Origin: Candidatus Moraniibacteriota bacterium
GTDB taxonomy: Bacteria > Patescibacteriota > Minisyncoccia > Moranbacterales > DUUL01
DNA length: 64,000 nt
NCBI GenBank assembly: GCA_041583775.1
Contig: JBFHFF010000004.1
Location: forward strand, 2,428 to 66,427
Direction of reading: 5' to 3'
Position 1 is the stretch's first letter, and each line of letters opens with the position of its first letter. A model generated the notes under the pieces. It was not told the DNA's origin, ran no database searches, and saw only the letters and a program-made list of their open reading frames with translations. Positions 58,277 to 64,000 of the stretch are shown here, one piece after another. The position numbers and the translations under genes are program-made.

Positions 58277-59035
58277 TTATCTCGTAGTATCAAAAATATA
58301 TTTTAGCGGAAAAATAAAAACTGCTCCAAAAATTCTTTTCACCCTGTTTTTCTTTTTTGAATATCCTCTCAAAGTTAATAATCTCCAAAGCCACTCCATT
58401 CCTAGTATTCTAATAACTCGAGGAGCTCTTTTAATTGAGTTTGTCCAATAATCAAATGTCCCTCCAATGCCAATTGCGACCCTTAATTTTGGTAATTTGT
58501 CTTTTATTTCCTGAATTAAAACTTCCTGTTCTGGTGCTCCAAGGCCCACAAAGAGGATTTGCGTGTCTTTTTTTATCTTAGCACTACCCCGCTCCTTTTT
58601 TTTAGATGAAAATATTTCACAATTTCTCAATTTATTTTTACCAAATTTATTTTTCAAGAAAGACAGGAGATCTTTTTTGGAACTAAGTCCATTTTCATTT
58701 AAAACAAAAGAAATTTTCAAATCATTGTGAATTGCCTCTGCTAAAATGATTTCTGCTAAATCAACTCCAGTAAATCTGTGTTTAACTCCCCTACCTAAAA
58801 GAAAAGAACAGAGGACTATTCCAAATCCATCAATAATACGCAAGTTAAAGTTGTTTAGAATTTTCCTATAACTAGAATCTCTCTTTGCTTTTAAAAGAAT
58901 TTCTGGGTTTATTGTTGCAATGCAAACTGGTAATTTTGAAAATTTTTCTCCATTTGCAACAGTTTTTTTAATAACCTTTTCTAACTGTCTTTGTTCATAA
59001 TTGTCTATAATAACTTTGAAGATTATGTTTTTCAT
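58277..59035 (-). CDS. WecG/TagA/CpsF-family (GT26) glycosyltransferase
   Basis: GIGGTFDYWTNSIKRAPRVIRILGMEWLWRLL matches the GT26 C-terminal motif. Confidence 0.7.
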   Translation of the reverse strand: MKNIIFKVIIDNYEQRQLEKVIKKTVANGEKFSKLPVCIATINPEILLKAKRDSSYRKILNNFNLRIIDGFGIVLCSFLLGRGVKHRFTGVDLAEIILAEAIHNDLKISFVLNENGLSSKKDLLSFLKNKFGKNKLRNCEIFSSKKKERGSAKIKKDTQILFVGLGAPEQEVLIQEIKDKLPKLRVAIGIGGTFDYWTNSIKRAPRVIRILGMEWLWRLLTLRGYSKKKNRVKRIFGAVFIFPLKYIFDTTR

Positions 59036-59044
59036 ATAACTAAA

Positions 59045-59587
59045 TTAAGAAAGAAATGGAATATTTTCCAAAACCCTAGAAGAACGATTTTTTTTCTCTT
59101 GAAAATCCTCAACTATATCAATACTGTCAACTGAAATCACAACATTCATTTGTATTTTTTCTAAATCAATCTCTTTTGAAAAACTTTTTCTAGGAACTTT
59201 CGCGAGAGTAATGTGTGGTGAAAAGCTTTTAATTTCCTGAGTATCTTCATTTATAGTTTCTTCAACAAAATTTCTCAATTCAATTAAATCTTCATTTTGC
59301 GGTCCTTTTAGCCAAAACATCTTTGGATTCTCATTATTTGGACCCCAAACTATTGCATCAAATTTCAAATCAAAAACTTCCATTTCTCTTAATGATTCTT
59401 TTAACGCTTCACAAACCTCAAACAAATTTTCATCCCCAACAACGCCAATGGTTGCTAATTGTAAACAAAAATTTTCTGGCTTAACCCACATAGCATCAAT
59501 GGTATCAGTTAAATTTCTGATTTTTGATGCAATATGACTTTGTGTTGCTTTATCTAAAGATATTATAGCACGAACCTTTTTTTGCAT
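59045..59587 (-). CDS. 2H-phosphoesterase (LigT-like) family protein, first HxT/S motif degenerate
   Basis: Second motif SPHITLAKV is present. The first appears replaced (CLQLATIG). Confidence 0.4.
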   Translation of the reverse strand: MQKKVRAIISLDKATQSHIASKIRNLTDTIDAMWVKPENFCLQLATIGVVGDENLFEVCEALKESLREMEVFDLKFDAIVWGPNNENPKMFWLKGPQNEDLIELRNFVEETINEDTQEIKSFSPHITLAKVPRKSFSKEIDLEKIQMNVVISVDSIDIVEDFQEKKNRSSRVLENIPFLS

Positions 59588-59592
59588 AATTT

Positions 59593-60624
59593 CTATGTTG
59601 TTTCTTTCTTATTTAAAAAATCTTCTATTACAATCTTAATTGCCGTAACAAATGGCACTGCCAAAACAATTCCCAGCACTCCAGCTAATTTTGCGCCGAC
59701 CAACAAGGACAGGATAATAACAACAGGATTCAATCCCACAGCTTTTTTCATAACAAGTGGAACAATTATGTGATTTTCCATTTGTTGAATAGCGATATAT
59801 AAAATTGCGACAAAAAGTCCCGTCCAAGGAGATATTGTTGCAGCAATTAACACAGCAGGAATAAATGCTATTAGGGGACCAATATATGGAACAATCTCAA
59901 GCACTCCACCAAGCAAGGCCAAGACTAACGCAAACGGTATTCGTAAAAATGAAAGAGCGATAAATTCCAATCCAAAAATCAAAAACATCAACAAGAATTG
60001 TCCAATCAACCAATGTCCCATTTTTATCTGAATCTTATCCAATAACAAAATTACCCTCTCTCTATGTTCTTTTTTTGGCACAATCGCAGAAACGAAAGAA
60101 CGAGAACCATTTTTTTTGATTAGCATATAAAAAGCCAATGAAAAAACGACCAGAGCTTTAAAAATACTAGAAAGAAAATCGAGGGTATTTGAGAAAATAT
60201 TAGAGAATGAATTTGCAAGAGCATTCGAAGAATTTGAGAAAATCTGATCAATATTCTCTTCAAAATGATAAGTAGCAGCAAGATTGGTAATGTTTTCAAT
60301 AAAAATATTTATACCTGCTAAATACTCAGGAATCACTTTCCCAATTAATTGTATTTCCTCATTTAATACTGGAACAACTAAACTTACAATGAAAACGAAA
60401 AATGAAAGAAAGAAAGCATACAACAAAACAACCGCCAAAACCCTGTTTATTCTTTTCTCCTCCATTTTATCAATAATCGGTCCAGCAGCACTAATAAGAA
60501 TCAAGGATAAAAACAACAACAAAAGGATGTCTTTTATAAAATACACAAACCAAAGAGCTAACAATATCAAAATTGTTTTCCAAACAATGCTTGGAGATAT
60601 TTCAATTTTTTGTGCTTTATGCAT
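59593..60624 (-). CDS. AI-2E family (UPF0118/PerM) transporter
   Basis: 8 TM helices. Topology and conserved C-terminal region are typical. Confidence 0.65.
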   Translation of the reverse strand: MHKAQKIEISPSIVWKTILILLALWFVYFIKDILLLLFLSLILISAAGPIIDKMEEKRINRVLAVVLLYAFFLSFFVFIVSLVVPVLNEEIQLIGKVIPEYLAGINIFIENITNLAATYHFEENIDQIFSNSSNALANSFSNIFSNTLDFLSSIFKALVVFSLAFYMLIKKNGSRSFVSAIVPKKEHRERVILLLDKIQIKMGHWLIGQFLLMFLIFGLEFIALSFLRIPFALVLALLGGVLEIVPYIGPLIAFIPAVLIAATISPWTGLFVAILYIAIQQMENHIIVPLVMKKAVGLNPVVIILSLLVGAKLAGVLGIVLAVPFVTAIKIVIEDFLNKKETT

Positions 60625-60628
60625 AACT

Positions 60629-61900
60629 TTAGAATGTTAGAATTTTAGCAATCCCTTCTTTGTTTTTGTGTGGACCAATCACTGCAAGGTTAAGTCCTTT
60701 ATTTTGAATCATTTCCTCTGCAACCTTTTGAATTTCTTTTGCCGTGACTTTTTCAATTTTTGCTAATAGATAATCTGCTGAATGAAGCTCCTTCCGAAAA
60801 AGTTCTTGATCTCCAAAAAAAGATGCGACTGAGTTTGTCGATTCCAACGACATAACAGTTTTTCCTTTTAGATATTCTTTTGCTTTTCTCAATTCTTTTT
60901 CAGGAACCAATTCTTCTTTTATTTTTTTCAGTTCTTCCAAGATCAATTTCACAGCCTCTTCTAATTTTTTAGGTTCAACACCAGCATTAATACATAAACA
61001 ACCAGTATCAGTGTTTGTGCCCATCCCAGCAGAGATATAATAAGTAAGCCCGTGTTTTTCTCTGATATTCAAAAAAGTTCGAGAACTCATTCCACCTCCC
61101 AGGATAATTCCCAATAAACTTGCTGCAAATCTCTTTTCGCTAAACATATCTGGACCTCTCACTCCAACGACTAAGTGGGATTGTTCCGTTTCTTTATAAT
61201 GTAAATCGAACTTTGGTTCGCTTTGGGCCACAACAACTTTTAGCTTTTCCTGTTTTATCTTTTTACTTTTTGCTACTTTAAAATACTTCTCAACTAATTT
61301 CAGTGCCTTCTTTTCATTAACATTTCCCGCAATTGAGATTACTGTTGATTCAGGTAAATACATTTTTTCAATATAGTCCTTAAAAACTTCTCTATTAAAA
61401 GACTTTATATTTTTTTCTGTTCCAACGATTTCCCAACCTGCTGGTTGATCACCATACAGAAGGGTCTCAAAAACATCCCAAACATAACGATTTGGAAGAT
61501 CGTGATACATTGAAGCTTCCTGCAAAATCACTCCCCTTTCTTTGTCGATTTCCTTTTGTTCGATCTTTGAATTTAAATATAAATCGCTCACGACATCAAG
61601 TGCCATTTCAAAATGTTGCACTGGAACTTTCACCCAATAACCAGTTTGTTCTTCTCCTGTGAAAGCGTTATATTCTCCGCCAACACTGTCCATCTCTTCA
61701 GCAATTGCTTTTGTGTTTGGTCGTTTTTTGGTCCCCTTAAACATCATATGTTCAAGGAAATGTGAGATTCCATTATTTTGTTTGGTTTCATATTTTGAAC
61801 CAGCTTCTACTAGAATCTGAACTGAGACTGTTTGCACACTGTCCATTGGTGCAATCACGACCCTTGTACCGTTTTCTAGGGTGTATTTTGTATATTTCAT
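60629..61900 (-). CDS. M16-family (pitrilysin-like) zinc peptidase
   Basis: Inverted zinc motif HFLEHMMF. Confidence 0.8.
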   Translation of the reverse strand: MKYTKYTLENGTRVVIAPMDSVQTVSVQILVEAGSKYETKQNNGISHFLEHMMFKGTKKRPNTKAIAEEMDSVGGEYNAFTGEEQTGYWVKVPVQHFEMALDVVSDLYLNSKIEQKEIDKERGVILQEASMYHDLPNRYVWDVFETLLYGDQPAGWEIVGTEKNIKSFNREVFKDYIEKMYLPESTVISIAGNVNEKKALKLVEKYFKVAKSKKIKQEKLKVVVAQSEPKFDLHYKETEQSHLVVGVRGPDMFSEKRFAASLLGIILGGGMSSRTFLNIREKHGLTYYISAGMGTNTDTGCLCINAGVEPKKLEEAVKLILEELKKIKEELVPEKELRKAKEYLKGKTVMSLESTNSVASFFGDQELFRKELHSADYLLAKIEKVTAKEIQKVAEEMIQNKGLNLAVIGPHKNKEGIAKILTF

Positions 61901-61911
61901 TTAGTTAACTT

Positions 61912-62901
61912 CTATTTTTTAATTCTTGAAATTCTCGTCAATCCTGCAAATGGAATTATTTCAATCCCATTTTTCTCTAATTCATCTAAAACAATATTCA
62001 TTCCTATTGAGTCTGATGAAATATGCCCCGCAATTACAACATTAATATGAGCTTTTTCAGCTTCTTTACGATGAGCTTCTGTTTGATGCATTCCAATAAT
62101 AGTTCCTATTCCAGCATTCGCCATTGCTGAATATATCTCTTTAGCGCCCTCTGTTCCACCTGTTATTTCCGATGGAACAACTTTTCCGCAGCGATTATTT
62201 GGATTTCCCACAAACAGCGTTGGCCCAACACCCTGTTTTCTTGCTTCTTGATATTCTTCAATTGAATTTAATACTTTTAAAATATCTTTAACATATCTTG
62301 GCTTTGCTTCTTCTATTTTTTTATAAATAAACTGAGCAACACAATTATCTGCTGGTGTGTGGATATTAATAAAATTTATATCTAACAATTTTGCAGCATC
62401 AACTGTCACATTGTGATTAGAAGGATTTATTCCTCTTGCAACCTCGGAGATTCTTTTGTGAATCAATTTTTCTGCAATAGTAACTGGTACGCCAAATTTC
62501 TCCATAACATCAATTTGTAAGTTCATTACATCATCAAGATTTGCAAGTGCACTTCCAATTGGATGATGATTAATAACTAAATCGACTCCTAATTCTTTTG
62601 CTAACATCATTCCACCCATAGTAATATCAATTCCAACTAATACTTTTTTAATTTCTTTTTTCCCATTATCAAAATGGATTCTTGAATCAGAATATGGATT
62701 TGTCAGCTTTTCTTTATCAAAATATATTTTTTCTTCTTCTGATAAAGCCTCAAAGCTTTCCTTTGTTCTTGTTAGGTATTCTTTTATTTCAGCTTTTGTT
62801 CTAAAGTCATTTTCCATTCCAATTTTCACAGCAAGATCATAGATTTGTTTTACATTCATTCTTGTATGTTTTATATTTATAAAAACGGCGTCTAATTCCA
62901 A
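61912..62901 (-). CDS. Nif3-family dinuclear-metal protein
   Basis: DLVINHHP. GIGTIIGMHQTEAH. Nif3 length. Confidence 0.7.
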   Translation of the reverse strand: MELDAVFINIKHTRMNVKQIYDLAVKIGMENDFRTKAEIKEYLTRTKESFEALSEEEKIYFDKEKLTNPYSDSRIHFDNGKKEIKKVLVGIDITMGGMMLAKELGVDLVINHHPIGSALANLDDVMNLQIDVMEKFGVPVTIAEKLIHKRISEVARGINPSNHNVTVDAAKLLDINFINIHTPADNCVAQFIYKKIEEAKPRYVKDILKVLNSIEEYQEARKQGVGPTLFVGNPNNRCGKVVPSEITGGTEGAKEIYSAMANAGIGTIIGMHQTEAHRKEAEKAHINVVIAGHISSDSIGMNIVLDELEKNGIEIIPFAGLTRISRIKK

Positions 62902-63034
62902 AAAACCACTTTTTATGTCTAGATTCTAACACTTAAAGTGCAAATACTCAAGTGTTCTTGAATTTTTATTCAACAAAAAATCAAATATAAAAGCCTACGG
63001 TCCACAATGTGAACTTTCGGCTTTAGTGTGATCA

Positions 63035-63982
63035 TTAGTTGTAAACCTTTAAACATTTCCTTGCCAGGGCTGGATCCCTTAGGGCTAAGGTACAAAAACT
63101 TACTGCATTCGCTCCTCGCGAAAAAAATGTATCGATATTACAGAAATTCGTCACCCCACACCCCATAATAAGAGGCAATGAGGTTTTTTCTCTCAATCGC
63201 CAAAGATATTCAATTGCCTTTGGAAACGCAACTTCCCCAGAAAGATCACCGCCCCCTTTAACATCAGCCAGAGGAGATGTTTCTGTGTCATAAACTAACC
63301 CATATGGAATCGTATTAACTCCATGAATCACATCTGCTCCAGCGTCTTCCAGCTGTTGATAGAAACTGAAAGGATGCAAAATACTAGTTTTTGCAATTAC
63401 GATCAGATTCGAAAATTCTTCTTTAACAGTTTTTACGCAATTTCTTGCCATAGTTATATTTTTGGAGATTTCTTCCTTGGAATTTGGGCAAGAAAAATTA
63501 ATTTCGACTGCCCAAAGAGGCACTCCTGCAAATTTTAATCTCCAAATCGAAGACGAGATTTCATATATAGCCAACCTCTCTCCTTTCGCGAATTCTGGAT
63601 AAAGATTTGGGATTATGTTTAGTTTTCGTCTTTCGATTACACTTGCTATCCCAATGGCCGCCGACTCAACCCCTGGATTCGTGAGACCATAAGCATTCAG
63701 CATACTACAAGTTTCAATTTTCTGAATAAACCTCCAAGTTCGGGGGTTCCATAAATTAAAGTTCCCCTTTCTGGGGTCACATGTCAGTGACTTCCCCAAT
63801 ATAGTCGTTCCTGTTTTCCTCGCTGTACTAAGAAGATTCAAGTAACACGGTGACAATGTGTGTGGGAAAATTCCGCTCCCATTTGTCCCAAACGCTGTGG
63901 AAATAACCAGTGGTGAAATACTTCCTTTGCCTGGAAATACAATTCCTTTTGCTTCCATTATACACCCCTTTTCTTTTTCCAT
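63035..63982 (-). CDS. dihydroorotate dehydrogenase-family (PyrD-like) TIM-barrel protein
   Basis: LNAYGLTNPG. VEINFSCPN. GGGDLSGE. Start may be the internal MEAKG. Confidence 0.6.
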   Translation of the reverse strand: MEKEKGCIMEAKGIVFPGKGSISPLVISTAFGTNGSGIFPHTLSPCYLNLLSTARKTGTTILGKSLTCDPRKGNFNLWNPRTWRFIQKIETCSMLNAYGLTNPGVESAAIGIASVIERRKLNIIPNLYPEFAKGERLAIYEISSSIWRLKFAGVPLWAVEINFSCPNSKEEISKNITMARNCVKTVKEEFSNLIVIAKTSILHPFSFYQQLEDAGADVIHGVNTIPYGLVYDTETSPLADVKGGGDLSGEVAFPKAIEYLWRLREKTSLPLIMGCGVTNFCNIDTFFSRGANAVSFCTLALRDPALARKCLKVYN

Positions 63983-64000
63983 TTTTTCGCATCCTCTGTT

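Noticed and set aside
59582-59773. 63-aa + strand ORF and 59636..59827 - strand ORF overlapping the AI-2E transporter gene
   Set aside because: Embedded in a confident 343-aa membrane-transporter CDS. No independent support.
1-64000. CRISPR arrays, rRNA or tRNA genes
   Set aside because: No run of regularly spaced identical 25-40-bp direct repeats, no GC-rich tRNA-like islands with a GTTC-type T-loop, and no rRNA-like stretches were seen in the intergenic regions.

Overview
This is a low-GC, gene-dense bacterial window with short intergenic spacers and many small or orphan proteins. The gene content (archaeal-type UMP kinase, lone L27, many hypothetical membrane proteins) looks like a reduced, CPR/Patescibacteria-like genome, but that is an impression, not a computed result. 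Housekeeping genes I can support from the translations are: an RND efflux pump (5' partial), rpmA, archaeal-type pyrH, glmS, purC, Cu+ P-type ATPase, rlmN, galE, gltX, signal peptidase I, an M16 peptidase, a Nif3 protein, a TagA/WecG glycosyltransferase, a NUDIX hydrolase and a pyrD-like gene. The accessory content is more interesting. (1) A sortase carrying TSP3-type Ca-binding repeats sits next to a secreted SdrD-B-like substrate with a non-canonical TPATG sorting signal. (2) A repeat-structured locus at 14.2-17.3 kb centres on an orphan Trp-rich 457-aa gene on the opposite strand. It is flanked by imperfect direct repeats, a 99%-identical 115-bp duplicate of the upstream gene's 3' end, and two identical terminators after paralogous 'MWER' genes. 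(3) A complete Type I R-M operon (half-hsdS, hsdM, hsdS, hsdR) carries four embedded non-RM genes (a small basic protein, a DUF3644-like protein, a KTSC protein, a Bro-N/DinD-like protein) plus a YgjP-like DUF45 protein. A DUF2779 Cas4-like nuclease follows it. (4) A tight cluster contains DUF2132, a RelA/SpoT-type HD hydrolase with a Zn ribbon, a RIO-like kinase, a DUF457 membrane hydrolase, a thermonuclease and a small membrane protein. (5) A GTCATTCC...GGAATGAC palindromic repeat family has three intergenic copies. (6) A Cys-rich overlapping small-ORF pair lies in an unusually long non-coding stretch. I found no CRISPR array, no rRNA or tRNA, and no recognisable glmS-ribozyme core. All coordinates and motifs are read directly from the sequence. 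Family assignments are from memory of conserved motifs and should be confirmed by HMM search.
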